64,000 bases of DNA from Acidobacteriota bacterium (GTDB lineage: Bacteria; Acidobacteriota; UBA6911; RPQK01; CBDBID01). The stretch is taken from positions 135,997-199,996 of the forward strand of contig CBDBID010000043.1 in assembly GCA_965205565.1 (NCBI GenBank), in the 5' to 3' direction. This document shows, one piece after another, positions 10,247-20,408 of this stretch. A model generated the notes under the pieces. The model was not told the DNA's origin. It searched no databases and saw only the letters and a program-made list of their open reading frames with translations. Numbering within the stretch: the first letter of the stretch is position 1; each line of letters opens with the position of its first letter. The translations under genes and the position numbers were made by a program.

Positions 10247-10883
10247 ATGCGGGACAACTGAGAAAGATCTCATGGCGGTCATTCCTTCCCCCTCAGCGCC
10301 GTCTTGCCGCTAGGACAGAATCAAGGCGACCCAGGGAGTGGGGATCAAGGTGGTAGCGGCCAGAGAAACTCAGTTCTCAACAGGTTGTCTTTGCTCCACC
10401 CGTACTATCATGGGATTAAAGGGTCGATAGAGTACGGCCTCGGCTAGCCCAAGACCTTGCCTTCTTCGGCAGCTTTCCCGGTCTTTGACCGGCTTCTTCA
10501 AGTCGTATTCTGGTTGCATAACCTGCAAATGTTTTCGTGTCCAACAAGCTCCCTAACTATCTGCGCGGCTACCGCAAACGTTCCGGCCTGCCAAATTGTG
10601 ACAGTGAGCACCCGATCTTACAGACAGTGTCCGATTTGATCGAAATCGAACGGTCGCTTTCGCCTAGAAGCGGAAGTGCAGATCATGCTAATCTGAATTT
10701 GGTGGCACGTCCGAGTTCGGCCAAAACCCGTCATTCCCAATCTAAGTCAGCTGGCAACCGACGAGCACCCAGGTGGAGCGCATCGGTCCGGCACAGCCGT
10801 TTGCCGTACTCACCTGGTCGGCGCCAACGGGGTAACACGGTGAGGGGAAGCCGGAGCTCGGCACGTTCCTCGCGGAGGGTCTG

Positions 10884-12359
10884 ATGGTGAGTGGTGGATT
10901 CGACTTCGACAACACGTACGCGCGGGAGCTTCGAGGCTTCTATGTGCCGTCGAGGGCAGTCGAGGTGCCGCATCCGAGCCTCTTGAAACTGAACCGCGGT
11001 CTTGCCGTAGAGCTAGGCCTCGATCCAGACGTTCTCACTTCCAACCATGGTGCGGCGATCTTCGCGGGTAACGAAACCCCTGAAGGCGCTAGCCCGCTGG
11101 CCCAGGTCTACGCCGGGCACCAATTTGGCGGTTTTGTACCACGGCTCGGCGACGGTCGTGCGCTGCTTCTGGGTGAGGTACTTGACCGTACCGGCAGGCG
11201 TCGCGACATCCAACTCAAGGGCTCAGGTCGTACGTCCTTCTCGCGCGGAGGAGACGGCAAGGCCACGATCGGTCCGGTATTGCGAGAGTACTTAATCAGT
11301 GAAGCGATGTACGCCCTCGGGATCCCTACCACTCGAGCGCTCGCAGGCGTTACGACCGGCGAGCAGATCCTCCGGGACGAGGCGCTTCCGGGAGCTGTGC
11401 TGACCCGTGTCGCAGCCAGCCACATACGAATTGGTACCTTCCAGTTCTTCGCCTCGCGCGGCGAGGTGGAGAAGGTAAAGCAACTCGCCGACTACAGCAT
11501 CGCGCGCCACTATCCTGAACTTCGTGACTCAAATAGCCCTTACCTCGGTTTTCTCGCGGCCGTGCGCGACTCCCAGGCGGTACTGATTGCGCGCTGGATG
11601 CATGTTGGTTTCGTCCACGGCGTGATGAACACCGACAACATGGCAATCTCAGGAGAGACGATCGACTACGGGCCGTGCGCGTTCATCGATGCCTACGATC
11701 CGGACGCGGTTTTCAGCTCTATCGACACGCACGGCCGCTATGCCTATGGCAAGCAGCCGTTGATCGCGCGCTGGAACCTCGGCCGGCTGGCCGAGACGCT
11801 CCTCCCGCTGATCGATGCCGACACAGATCGTGCGATCCAACTCGCCGGCGACGCCGTCAACGGTTTCACCAATCACTACGTGGCGCACTGGCTCGACGGA
11901 ATGCGTGCCAAGCTGGGGTTAGTCGACTCGGACGATGACGACCTCGATTTGGCGAACGGTTTTCTTGCCGTGCTAGAGGGACAGAACGCCGACTATACGC
12001 TTGCCTTCCGCCGGCTTTCCGATGCCGGCCAGGGTGACGATGCCGCGCTACGGGTTCTTCTGGACGATCCCTCCTCATACAACGCGTGGGTGGAGCGCTG
12101 GCGGGCACGGCTGTCCCGCGAGGCCGTGAGCGCCGAAGAGCGTGCCAAGGCCATGAACCGGGTGAACCCAATCTATATCCCCCGGAATCATGAGGTCGAA
12201 GAAGCCCTGACGGCTGCGGTGGAGAGTCAAACACTCGAACCCTTCGAGACTCTGCTCGAGGTTCTCGAGAACCCCTTCGACGAGAAGGAAGGGCTAGAAG
12301 CTTATGCATCGCCTGCGCCAGCGAGCTTCGGATGCTATCGGACCTTCTGCGGAACTTGA
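10884..12359 (+). CDS. selO: Protein adenylyltransferase SelO (YdiU/UPF0061)
   Basis: Conserved SelO blocks: AQVYAGHQFGGF, GDGRALLLGE, LKGSGRTSFSRGGDGKA, ISEAMYALGIPTTRAL, HIRIGTFQ, NTDNMAISGETIDYGPCAF. Confidence 0.9.
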   Translation: MVSGGFDFDNTYARELRGFYVPSRAVEVPHPSLLKLNRGLAVELGLDPDVLTSNHGAAIFAGNETPEGASPLAQVYAGHQFGGFVPRLGDGRALLLGEVLDRTGRRRDIQLKGSGRTSFSRGGDGKATIGPVLREYLISEAMYALGIPTTRALAGVTTGEQILRDEALPGAVLTRVAASHIRIGTFQFFASRGEVEKVKQLADYSIARHYPELRDSNSPYLGFLAAVRDSQAVLIARWMHVGFVHGVMNTDNMAISGETIDYGPCAFIDAYDPDAVFSSIDTHGRYAYGKQPLIARWNLGRLAETLLPLIDADTDRAIQLAGDAVNGFTNHYVAHWLDGMRAKLGLVDSDDDDLDLANGFLAVLEGQNADYTLAFRRLSDAGQGDDAALRVLLDDPSSYNAWVERWRARLSREAVSAEERAKAMNRVNPIYIPRNHEVEEALTAAVESQTLEPFETLLEVLENPFDEKEGLEAYASPAPASFGCYRTFCGT

Positions 12360-12417
12360 TAAGAGGGTGGGGCTCGCCGCGAAAGGCGCGAGCCAAGAAT
12401 GCACTTAGCTCTAACGA

Positions 12418-13211
12418 GGTTGTCAAGTTATCGAGCTGACCGCCAGTTCGAGACGCAATACACTCCAGCCTAGTTTCTTCTCAGCGGGCACAAGTCGCCT
12501 CTCTCCAGCCATCGAAAGCCCGGTCGCGAAGGAGACGATGATGAACCGCTTTCAGGTGGTGTCGACCAACGCGGAACAGATTCTGAACGGGACCGTGGAC
12601 AGCCAATAGCCGTTGGGTCTGGGCAATTGATTTGAATCGTCGCATTTGACGCTCCTTCTCGCGGGTGTGTTGGTGCGAGACCTCAGCCCGGTTGTTCTCG
12701 TACTGACCGGTTCGATGCTCAACTGAAGGGAAGACTTCGTGGTGCGCGGCGGGATAGCTCTTTAGCTTGTCCGTGATCAGTCTCCACGGCGGTTTTCCTT
12801 GAGCCTTTGATACTTTGCGAAAAAAGCGCTTAGCGGCCCGCTTGTCTCTTCGTTTCGTCACCAGAATGTCGAGAACATCGCCGTCCTGGTCAACCGCTCT
12901 CCAGAGGTAGAGTTGTTGTCCTTGAATCTTCACGAACAACTCGTCCACATGCCAGATATCGCCGAGTCGCCCCTGTTTCTTTCGGAGGGTTCGGGCGTAC
13001 TCTGGTCCAAACTTCAGACACCAGAAGCGGATTGCCTCATAAGAGACAATGATGCCACGCTCGGCCAGAAGATCCTCCACGTCTCGAAAGCTGAGAGTGA
13101 AGCGGTGATAAAGCCAAACGGCGCGGCTGATGATTTCAGGCGGAAAGCGGTGACCTCTGTAGAGTGATTCCATCCCGAAATTGTCGCTGACCGCCGCTCA
13201 ACTTGACAACG
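12418..13211 (-). mobile_element. IS6-family insertion sequence (about 794 bp) with 11/12-bp terminal inverted repeats: ggttgtcaagtt at 12418-12429 and aacttgacaacg at 13200-13211.
   Basis: A single transposase ORF flanked by inverted repeats that I located by reverse-complement matching. The size fits IS6 family elements. Confidence 0.7.
12481..13173 (-). CDS. IS6-family DDE transposase (IS26-like)
   Basis: MESLYRGHRFPPEIISRAVWLYHRF...WHVDELFVKIQGQQLYLWRAVD...ITDKLKSYPAA are the N-terminal HTH and DDE core blocks typical of the IS6/IS26 transposase. Confidence 0.85.
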   Translation of the reverse strand: MESLYRGHRFPPEIISRAVWLYHRFTLSFRDVEDLLAERGIIVSYEAIRFWCLKFGPEYARTLRKKQGRLGDIWHVDELFVKIQGQQLYLWRAVDQDGDVLDILVTKRRDKRAAKRFFRKVSKAQGKPPWRLITDKLKSYPAAHHEVFPSVEHRTGQYENNRAEVSHQHTREKERQMRRFKSIAQTQRLLAVHGPVQNLFRVGRHHLKAVHHRLLRDRAFDGWREATCAR

Positions 13212-13340
13212 CCCTAAATACCCTTTGGTAAGCCTTCCCTATCCCTAGCTCCGGTTTGTCCGTCCTCCTCCCCAGTGCTAGCATCACCCGTGACTGCGCA
13301 CCCTAAGCCGTAGTATCTGCCGTTTGCTGGAGGTTCGCTC

Positions 13341-13583
13341 ATGGCCACCCTACGCAGGCTGCTCTTCTTTCTAGTACTGGTGATCCTTGGGGCAGGCGGT
13401 TATTCCCAAAGTAAGAAATCCGAAGAACTGCTTCGTCGTGCTCACCGAGGTGATGCCAAGGCCCAATATTTTCTGGGGACCATGTACGACTTTGGCGCAG
13501 GAGTCCCCCGGGACTACAAGGAAGCAGTCAAGTGGTACAGGAAGGCTGCTGAGCAAGGGGTCCCTCCGTGCCAATATAGTTGA
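13341..13583 (+). CDS. Truncated Sel1-repeat protein (signal peptide plus about 1.5 Sel1 repeats)
   Basis: MATLRRLLFFLVLVILGAGG signal peptide. AQYFLGTMYDFGAGVPRDYKEAVKWYRKAAEQG is a Sel1 repeat. The ORF ends abruptly next to an integrase fragment. Confidence 0.5.
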   Translation: MATLRRLLFFLVLVILGAGGYSQSKKSEELLRRAHRGDAKAQYFLGTMYDFGAGVPRDYKEAVKWYRKAAEQGVPPCQYS

Positions 13584-13603
13584 GACACTTCATCTCTCGT
13601 AAT

Positions 13604-13785
13604 TTAGAGTAGAGGGCGAGAAGGTAGACGACAACGGTGTTCCGAAGACTGCGATTAAGAAAATCCTGGGGCACAAGAACGGATCGGCTACGGAGATCTA
13701 CCTGCACACCGTTGGCGATTCTGAAAGAAGAGCAGTCGAGGTGCTCGAACAGGCGAGGGGCAAGTCTCACACAGGAATGCGATAA
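13604..13785 (+). pseudogene. C-terminal fragment (about 57 aa) of a tyrosine recombinase/phage integrase. It ends 18 bp upstream of tRNA-Arg.
   Basis: The translation ...IKKILGHKNGSATEIYLHTVGDSERRAVEVLEQARG carries the integrase catalytic-Tyr box (LGH...T..Y.H). There is no start codon, and the reading frame is closed by a TAA at 13601-13603. Confidence 0.65.
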
Positions 13786-13803
13786 TTATCGGAAACCCTT
13801 TGA

Positions 13804-13880
<77 letters not shown>

Positions 13881-13922
13881 GTCTTTTCAATGACTTACAG
13901 CGACTCTTGCCTAGAAAAGACG

Positions 13923-14020
13923 CCTGAAAGGTGTCAAATGTAACCGAAATTGTAACCGCTCCAATCCAACGCCACCCAACCCCAGCCAAACATCGCCCTC
14001 GGAGACAAGCTGGGTCATTG
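13923..14020 (+). repeat. Conserved tRNA-downstream motif, copy B (cctgaaa...TGTAACCgaaatTGTAACCgc...cccaaccccagccaa...ggtcatt). The first TGTAACC lies 62 nt after the tRNA-Arg discriminator.
   Basis: Collinear with 7044..7122, with the same offset and the same 12-bp repeat period. Confidence 0.6.
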
Positions 14021-14491
14021 GCCCGACCGAGACCGTGGATACTGAGAGGGCTGAACGGCTCGGGGAGACTGCCTGAAATCCCCTACCAGCGGCCAAAAGC
14101 CCTCGGAGCTGTTCTCGCTTACCAGCTCGGAGTTTTTTGAATTGAGCTAGATTTCTTTGCTCGTCAGCCTTCGTTGAGGGATGCCATTTTCGACGCTGCT
14201 CTAACATGGACACTGGAGGGGAAGCGGTGGCAACGGCAAAGGAGAATTCCCCAAGCGGTGTTTCAGTGAAGCAGTCTGGATGTCTCGCAACTGAGGCGTC
14301 TGAAGGAAGTGGAAGCCGACCTGGCCCGCGAGGACCATGCGCTTATAGAGCTGATCGAAAAAAGTTCCGGGGCCGTCGGACAACGCGAGTCGGTGGGCTT
14401 TTTGGCAACCCAGGGTCTGTCCATCCGGCTGTCCTGTCGCTGCGTGAAGCTCTCCAGAAAGAGCGTACTCGGATCCAATTTCGGTGCTTCT

Positions 14492-15382
14492 TCAAGCAAG
14501 TGTTGTTGAGCCATCCTCCCTCCAGTGCCGGAACTGGAGAGACCTGAGATCCAACCTAGCGTACCGTGCGACAACCACTATCAAGAAAAATAAAGAGGAC
14601 GCCACCTGGCTGGTGAATACGTCCCGGGAGGAGAGCCTCTTTTTAGCCAGTCCAGCCTGCATCTCTGGAGTCCTTCGCGTCTTGCCGAACTTCAAAGCAC
14701 TGTGCGGTCGCAGAAAGTTGTAATAGGCCATGAGCAGGGCCACCTGGCCTTCCAAGAATTCTGTACGTCGGGCGTGACAGGGTGTGCGACGGCCAAGATA
14801 GGAACACCCCTGGCGGATGGTCAGATTGTGGCGCTCTACAAAACTTGTGTTCAGGGTGCTGGAATCCTCGGAATGAAACAGTGCTTCCTCCAGTTCCGCC
14901 GGTGTTCCGAGCAGCAATCTACGATCGACCCGAACTACCCGATTCTCTCGGCTCTTCTTGATCACTTGACCGTAGATACAGACTCCTAAGAGCAGCCTTT
15001 TCGCCGCCCACTCGTACATCTCGAAACCATCGCTGGCAAACAGGAAGCGGCGTTCAACACGGCCTCGCTGCAGGGTGTCGAGCATCACTCTCTTGATGTT
15101 TAGGAAGTGACGACGGCCGATCTCGACGGAGATCCAGAGTCTGGACCAAACTTCCAGGCTGGTCAGTACCCAGATCGCCCTCTTCTTTGCTCCAATGAAA
15201 GTCCTGATCTCGTCGGTCTGGAGTTCACGGATGACGAAGCCTTTCAGCATCCGATCGTTGAACTGGGCAGCATATGTGGCCGCCAATTCAAGCCAGCGGG
15301 CGACGGGTACCCCAAGCCATCCGCTTGATGCGCGCCAGGGCTGAGATCCCCATACCATGGACACACATACGGACGACTTCAT
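14492..15382 (-). CDS. insB: IS1-family InsB transposase catalytic part. The ORF is as listed. The native product is probably an InsAB fusion made by -1 frameshifting.
   Basis: DEIRTFIGAKKRAIWV...TSFVERHNLTIRQ...YYNFLRPHSAL are IS1 InsB signature blocks. Confidence 0.6.
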   Translation of the reverse strand: MKSSVCVSMVWGSQPWRASSGWLGVPVARWLELAATYAAQFNDRMLKGFVIRELQTDEIRTFIGAKKRAIWVLTSLEVWSRLWISVEIGRRHFLNIKRVMLDTLQRGRVERRFLFASDGFEMYEWAAKRLLLGVCIYGQVIKKSRENRVVRVDRRLLLGTPAELEEALFHSEDSSTLNTSFVERHNLTIRQGCSYLGRRTPCHARRTEFLEGQVALLMAYYNFLRPHSALKFGKTRRTPEMQAGLAKKRLSSRDVFTSQVASSLFFLIVVVARYARLDLRSLQFRHWREDGSTTLA

Positions 15383-15593
15383 CGAACAGGGACCTGGGAT
15401 TATGCAGTCGATAGTAAGGCGTGCCGTGAGTGGACGAGAAGGTCCGACCGCAGTGTTTGCAGCGGTAGCGCCGCCGTCTGCCCTGTGTCGTGGTGTAGAC
15501 GGAATGGCGGATGATGTTGCCTTTGCCGGCCCGGTCTCTCAAGGAGCAATCGGGGTTGGGACAGCAGCGAGAGGAGCGTTTGCTCTGCGTCAT
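15288..15593 (-). CDS. insA: IS1-family InsA (Zn-finger/HTH)
   Basis: CPNPDCS...YRCKHCGRTF C4 zinc finger followed by an HTH, similar to IS1 InsA. Confidence 0.6.
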   Translation of the reverse strand: MTQSKRSSRCCPNPDCSLRDRAGKGNIIRHSVYTTTQGRRRRYRCKHCGRTFSSTHGTPYYRLHNPRSLFDEVVRMCVHGMGISALARIKRMAWGTRRPLA

Positions 15594-15862
15594 ACATGTG
15601 TGATGTCAGAAAAGGCAGGGGAAAGCCAGGCAGGATCACGGGTTGTGGAGCTGCTGGAGACAGTCAACAACACTTCCCTGAAGAAGCACCGACTCGTGCC
15701 ACTCAACTTCGCCGACGCTCCCTGATAGGTGAGCCTATCACTGCTGAAAGTCCTGTGTATCCTCGCTTACACACAGTGGCCTTGAGGTCGAATGCGCGAT
15801 CCCAAAAAATGCGTGGTCTGTTGGTGGTCTGGAAAATCCGAACCTGTAATCGCCGGATCCAC

Positions 15863-16231
15863 TCAAGGATCGGCCGGATGGGGACCCGCCAGGGCCTGCC
15901 GCAAGGCGTCCAGGGCCAGATCGAGGCCGTGCAGCTTGTGTGAGGGAAGCCCCTGCAGGAATTCGAGCAGAGCCTCGCGGTCCAATTCCGCGCATTCGGT
16001 TTCGGTCTTGCCTTTGCAGAGCAGGGTGAGGGCGGCAGTCGCCGCGATCGCCCCCGGGCAGCCGTAGGTCTGAAAGCGGCAGTCGACGATGCGTCCCCTC
16101 TCCACCCGAAGGTAGAGGTGAGTCCGATCGCCGCAGGCAGGGTTCTCCACCTCGGAGATGTGGGTGGCGTCGGCCATGGTGCCGCGGTTGGGCAATTCCT
16201 GGATGAGTTCTCGGACGCGCGCGCTGTACAC
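15863..16231 (-). CDS. NifU/IscU-like Fe-S cluster scaffold protein
   Basis: NPACGD...LYLRV...RFQTYGCPGAIAATAALT cysteine motif pattern of the IscU/NifU N-domain. It lies immediately downstream of a cysteine desulfurase. Confidence 0.75.
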   Translation of the reverse strand: MYSARVRELIQELPNRGTMADATHISEVENPACGDRTHLYLRVERGRIVDCRFQTYGCPGAIAATAALTLLCKGKTETECAELDREALLEFLQGLPSHKLHGLDLALDALRQALAGPHPADP

Positions 16232-16234
16232 GAC

Positions 16235-17401
16235 TCAGCCTCTTTGGGGAAGAGGCGAGAGTTCTCGCATCCGCGTCACCGTCTCACCCAGGATGGAGAG
16301 CGTGTAATCGATGTCTTCGTCCCTGGTCATCCGGCTCAGACTGAAGCGAAGCGCTCCCTGGGCCGCATCCCCGCGCCGGCCGATCGCCAGGATGACAGGA
16401 GAGGGCTCCAGCGTCCCCGAAGAGCAGGCAGAGCCTGTAGACACGGCAATGCCTTGAAAATCGAGTGAGATCAGGAGGGCCTCGGCTTCCACGTACCGGA
16501 AGCTGATGTTGGTGACGTGGGGCATCCGGTGGGTGCGGCCCCCGTTGAGCAGCGTGTGGGGAATGCTTTCGAGAATCCCCTCTTCGAGGTGATCGCGGAG
16601 CTGACACACGCCCATGTCAAAATCCTCCAGTGCTTGACCGGCCAGTTTACAGGCAACTCCCAAGCCCACGATGCCCGGTACGTTTTCCGTTCCCGCCCGC
16701 CGGCTCCGCTCCTGGGATCCACCGTAAAGCAGGGGAGTCATTTCCACAGCCTGTCGCACGTACAAGGCTCCCATACCTTTGGGACCGTGGATCTTGTGCG
16801 CCGACAGCGAGAGCAGGTCCACGCCCAGCGATTCTACGTCCACCGGAATCTTGCCCACTGACTGCACCGCATCGGTGTGAAACAAAATCCCTCGCTGGCG
16901 GGCCAGCGAAGCGATCTCCCGGATGGGCTGAATGCTGCCGATCTCGTTGTTGGCATGCATCACGCTGATCAGGATGGTTTCCTGGTCGATGGCCCCTTCC
17001 AAGCGTTGCACATCGACTAGGCCGTCCGGATCGACGGGAAGGCGGGTGATGCGAAACCCGTTCTCTTCCAAACGGTCGCAGGCTCGCAGGACGGCCGGGT
17101 GCTCCACCACCGTGGTGATGATGTGGTTCCCCCGCGAGCGGGCCGCCGCGGCCACACCCTGCAGAGCTGTGTTGTCCGACTCCGTTCCTCCGCTGGTGAA
17201 AACGATGTCTCGGGAGCTGGCTCCGATCAGGTCGGCTACCTTTTGGCGTGCCTCCTCCACTGCGGCGCGCGCCCTCTGCCCCCAGCCGTGGATCGAGGAA
17301 GCATTGCCGAAGTCCTGCCGGTAATAGGGCAGCATGGCCTCCCAAACCCGCGCATCCAAGGCGGTAGTAGCATTGTTGTCCAGATAGACCTGCTTCATCA
17401 T
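16235..17401 (-). CDS. Cysteine desulfurase (NifS/IscS class, PLP-dependent)
   Basis: MMKQVYLDNNATT, SGGTESDN, PLP-lysine block SLSAHKIHGPKG, active-site loop STGSACSSG. The start is trimmed to the internal MM at 17396/17399. Confidence 0.85.
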   Translation of the reverse strand: MMKQVYLDNNATTALDARVWEAMLPYYRQDFGNASSIHGWGQRARAAVEEARQKVADLIGASSRDIVFTSGGTESDNTALQGVAAAARSRGNHIITTVVEHPAVLRACDRLEENGFRITRLPVDPDGLVDVQRLEGAIDQETILISVMHANNEIGSIQPIREIASLARQRGILFHTDAVQSVGKIPVDVESLGVDLLSLSAHKIHGPKGMGALYVRQAVEMTPLLYGGSQERSRRAGTENVPGIVGLGVACKLAGQALEDFDMGVCQLRDHLEEGILESIPHTLLNGGRTHRMPHVTNISFRYVEAEALLISLDFQGIAVSTGSACSSGTLEPSPVILAIGRRGDAAQGALRFSLSRMTRDEDIDYTLSILGETVTRMRELSPLPQRG

Positions 17402-17747
17402 CACGGTCCAGAATAGCACCAGGCTTTTCTGCGGAGCAACTTCAGCCTCGGGTGGATCGGGTTTTGGTGGGTATGATGGGAAGGCTCCAGCAGGAGTGCG
17501 GTGTAGAGATAATCCCAAAACAGATTGCGTCCCTTGATACCCACCTCTGCCTTGGTGATGCGGAAGAGGTCGCACAGAAAGTAGGTCCAATCATCCAGAA
17601 AGGGTGCAGAAGGCCGGTCCTGAGCTCCCGGGTCGATCTGCACCCCGGTCAGCTCGTCGAACAGCTTGGCCTGCTTGGCCGGATCGGAGACCGGCTGCAG
17701 TGGTCAAAGCGGGGACCTTCGAATTAAACTGGGTCGAGAGGCGGGTC

Positions 17748-18986
17748 ATGAAATTCTTGAGACTACTGGCCAAGAATCTGTTCCGCAACAAGCTGCGGAC
17801 CTTCTTGACGGTGAGCAGCATCGGGGTCTCGGTATTCCTGGTGGCCACCCTGATCACGCTGCTTAACGAGCTGACTAGCCCACCCGAGACCCCCGAGTCC
17901 GCGCTCCGGCTGATCGTGCGGCACAAGATTTCCTTGTTCAATACCATCCCCAAATCGTACTGCGAGAAAATTGCCGCGGTTGAAGGAGTCGAGGCCGTGA
18001 TCGGTTCGATGTGGTTTGGTGACGTCTACAACCAAGAGGGGACCGACGTCCTGTTGGCACAGTTTGCGGTCGACACAGACCAGTTCTTTCAGGTCGACCC
18101 AGGCGTGGTCCTGCCTGCAGAGCAGAAGGGAGCCTTTCTCGAGGATCGCGCCGGGGCGCTGGTGGGGAAGGTAGTAGCAGAGCGTTTCGACTGGAAGGTG
18201 GGCCAGACGATTCACATCCGTAGCAATCTCTTCTCGACCCAGGTGGAACTGAAGATCCGAGGCATCTACGAAGGTGGTGGCGATGAAGGTGGCGGGGTGT
18301 ATTTCCACTGGGACTACTTCAACGAAGCCATGGGGGATAGGGGATTTACGGGGACCTATTCGATCCGGGCCGCCTCGCCGGAACTGGTACCCACCATCGC
18401 CGAAAACGTGGATCAGCTGTTTCAGAACTCCATCTCCCCCACCAAGACGGAAACCGAGAAGGCGTTCATCATGGGATTCATCTCCATGCTGGGAAACGTC
18501 CAGTTTCTGATCAGTAGAATCTGTATGGCCGTGATTTTTTCCGTCATCCTAGTAGAGGCCAATACCATGGCCATGTCCATCCGCGAGCGGGTGCGGGAAA
18601 TCGGCATTCTAAAGGCGTGGGGTTTCCGGAAGGTTCAGATCCTATCGCTGTTGTTGAGTGAATCTCTGCTCCTGGGGGTGAGCGGTCGCCATCGCTCGGG
18701 CCATCGTCACCGACCCCACCTTCATTCTGGCCGACGAACCCACCGGTGGTCTGGATGCGGAATCCGCCCGCTAGATTTTGAAGGTGCTGGACGCCTTAAA
18801 CCGGGATTTCGACAAGACGATTGTGATGGTGACACACGACCCTCGCGCCGCCGCTTTCGCCAAGATCAGCCACTACTTGAAAAAAGGCGTGCTGCTCGAC
18901 GAGGTTCCGGACGTCTACGCTCAGCCCAGTCAAGCCTGAACAGCAACTTCATCGATCCCACGTGGTACGGGCATTCCGGCCCGTGA
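17748..18986 (+). CDS. FtsX/MacB-type ABC transporter permease, 3'-truncated. The genuine permease sequence ends at about 18684. The ORF then reads out of frame through an ATPase gene fragment.
   Basis: [32 protein letters not shown] (TM1), a periplasmic domain, then ...[40 protein letters not shown]. The tail after that is low-complexity RHRSGHRHR... Confidence 0.6.
   Translation: MKFLRLLAKNLFRNKLRTFLTVSSIGVSVFLVATLITLLNELTSPPETPESALRLIVRHKISLFNTIPKSYCEKIAAVEGVEAVIGSMWFGDVYNQEGTDVLLAQFAVDTDQFFQVDPGVVLPAEQKGAFLEDRAGALVGKVVAERFDWKVGQTIHIRSNLFSTQVELKIRGIYEGGGDEGGGVYFHWDYFNEAMGDRGFTGTYSIRAASPELVPTIAENVDQLFQNSISPTKTETEKAFIMGFISMLGNVQFLISRICMAVIFSVILVEANTMAMSIRERVREIGILKAWGFRKVQILSLLLSESLLLGVSGRHRSGHRHRPHLHSGRRTHRWSGCGIRPLDFEGAGRLKPGFRQDDCDGDTRPSRRRFRQDQPLLEKRRAARRGSGRLRSAQSSLNSNFIDPTWYGHSGP
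18682..18939 (+). pseudogene. C-terminal fragment of an ABC transporter ATP-binding protein. The Walker A, Q-loop and signature motifs are missing. There is an internal amber codon at 18772-18774.
   Basis: Its frame reads [58 protein letters not shown], which is the D-loop/Walker B/H-loop region of LolD/MacB-like ATPases. Confidence 0.7.
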
Positions 18987-19124
18987 TTCTCGGACCATTA
19001 TCGAGCCGGGGGCGGCCATAGACCTCACAGTCTGTAAACTGAATGGAACCGATTTTGGATAGAGATGCACCTAAGGCCCTCCTGGCCGAGAGAGCCGAGG
19101 ATAATTAAAAAGGGTCCGACGGGA

Positions 19125-20147
19125 CTAATCGTTGGTGGCGCCCTCGTCTTCGGACAGTCCCAGAGCGGTAGCGGCGTTGCGCCAGAAGATGCCTTCGATC
19201 TGGTCCTGGGAGAGTTGGGCAATCTCGGCCGCATCCCGCAGCGACAGCAGTTGCTCGTAGACGGCCAGGATGGGCCGCCCGTCGCAGTGCGGGAATTGCA
19301 GCTCGCTCTCGTCCGCGTCAAAGTGCTGCCAGGAGCGGCCCAGGGCCGCGTAGTGGCCATGAAAGAAAGCCGCTGCCACCCCGTCGGAGCCCCAGAAGAT
19401 GCGCCCGGGGTCTTCCTTGGTGAGCAGCGTGATGTAGGGTCGTACGTCCGTCACCGCCGAAGTGTCGTAGTAGATGTTGGGCAAATCGCGCAGCCTCTCC
19501 ACCGCCTGGCGGATGGGCCAGTAGGTGAAGCTGCGTGCGCAGTGGGCCAGCAGCCACTTGATCCTCGGATAGCGCTTGGTGGTGTACTCCTCCAGATCGT
19601 CCAGATTGTGCTGATCCGCGCAGCCGTGGAAGCGGGAAAGGTGCATCGTCACCCACAGGCTATGCTGGTGGGCGAACTCCATCTGCTGGTGGGTCAGAAA
19701 CTCGTGGATGCGGCACTGGGCGATGTCGCCCGTCACCGAGAAGGTGCGGTAGGGTTTCAGGCCGGTGAACTGGGGGTTCTCGAGATCGCGCTCGATGTCT
19801 TCGATCTGACAGGAGGGCGTGACCATCCGGTGGTAACGGATGCCGGGCACGCCTTGAATCTGATCCCTGACGCCCTGCGTGTGTCGGGTGGGGTCGGTCC
19901 CTGGCAGAGGCGTTCCCAATATCAGGTACTGCATGCGGCGCCCTGGATAGAGCACCTTGGCCCAGGCATTTATCTCCGAAAGGCCCACGTCTGGGCGGTT
20001 GCGAGCCGGCGGGTGAGGCTGGTTCAAATCCGACCGCCGGAAGAAATGGACGTGGGCGTCCAAGATGCGATCGGGGACGAAATCGGCCAGTTCCTCTTCC
20101 CAGACCTCCCGATCGCAGTCACGGTAATCGAGTTTGGCTTGAATCAT
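19125..20147 (-). CDS. Amidohydrolase-2 family (TIM-barrel metal-dependent hydrolase)
   Basis: HVHFF near the N-terminus, and internal His/Asp metal ligands (MHLSRFHG, WGSDG). Family assignment is from these motifs only. Confidence 0.5.
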   Translation of the reverse strand: MIQAKLDYRDCDREVWEEELADFVPDRILDAHVHFFRRSDLNQPHPPARNRPDVGLSEINAWAKVLYPGRRMQYLILGTPLPGTDPTRHTQGVRDQIQGVPGIRYHRMVTPSCQIEDIERDLENPQFTGLKPYRTFSVTGDIAQCRIHEFLTHQQMEFAHQHSLWVTMHLSRFHGCADQHNLDDLEEYTTKRYPRIKWLLAHCARSFTYWPIRQAVERLRDLPNIYYDTSAVTDVRPYITLLTKEDPGRIFWGSDGVAAAFFHGHYAALGRSWQHFDADESELQFPHCDGRPILAVYEQLLSLRDAAEIAQLSQDQIEGIFWRNAATALGLSEDEGATND

Positions 20148-20408
20148 CTTCCCCCCTCCGCGTTGAAAAATCTCTCAAATTTCATTTCTTCGTCCATTCG
20201 AGCCAGGCAGACGTGGGAGCAGTAGGCGAAGCGATCCCGCTAGACGATGATGTCGCGCCGATCGGCTGCCGGGGATGGTGTTTTGATTCGCCTCTTCCGT
20301 CCCCTGCTCACCGAACCAAGCGGATCGCAGCTTCTCGAGAGCCACCCCCGTCAGTAAGCTGGGAAGCCCGGCCCCTAGCAGTCCGTGGTGGAAGTACGTT
20401 TTCTGAGC

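Larger units (their letters stand above)
14480..15610 (-). mobile_element. IS1-family insertion sequence (InsA zinc-finger ORF plus overlapping InsB). The boundaries are approximate.
   Basis: The InsA-like ORF at 15288..15593 overlaps the InsB-like ORF at 14492..15382 in the -1 frame, the arrangement used for IS1 programmed frameshifting. I did not find inverted repeats. Confidence 0.6.

Noticed and set aside
10247-10883. Possible riboswitch or ncRNA in the 640-bp gap between the helicase and selO
   Set aside because: I could not recognise any known riboswitch consensus by eye. The region is more likely leftover non-coding DNA from the decayed island.
12370-12400. GC-rich hairpin after selO as an intrinsic terminator
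   Set aside because: The stem is imperfect and there is no U-tract. Similar hairpins are common in GC-rich DNA. I only mention it here.
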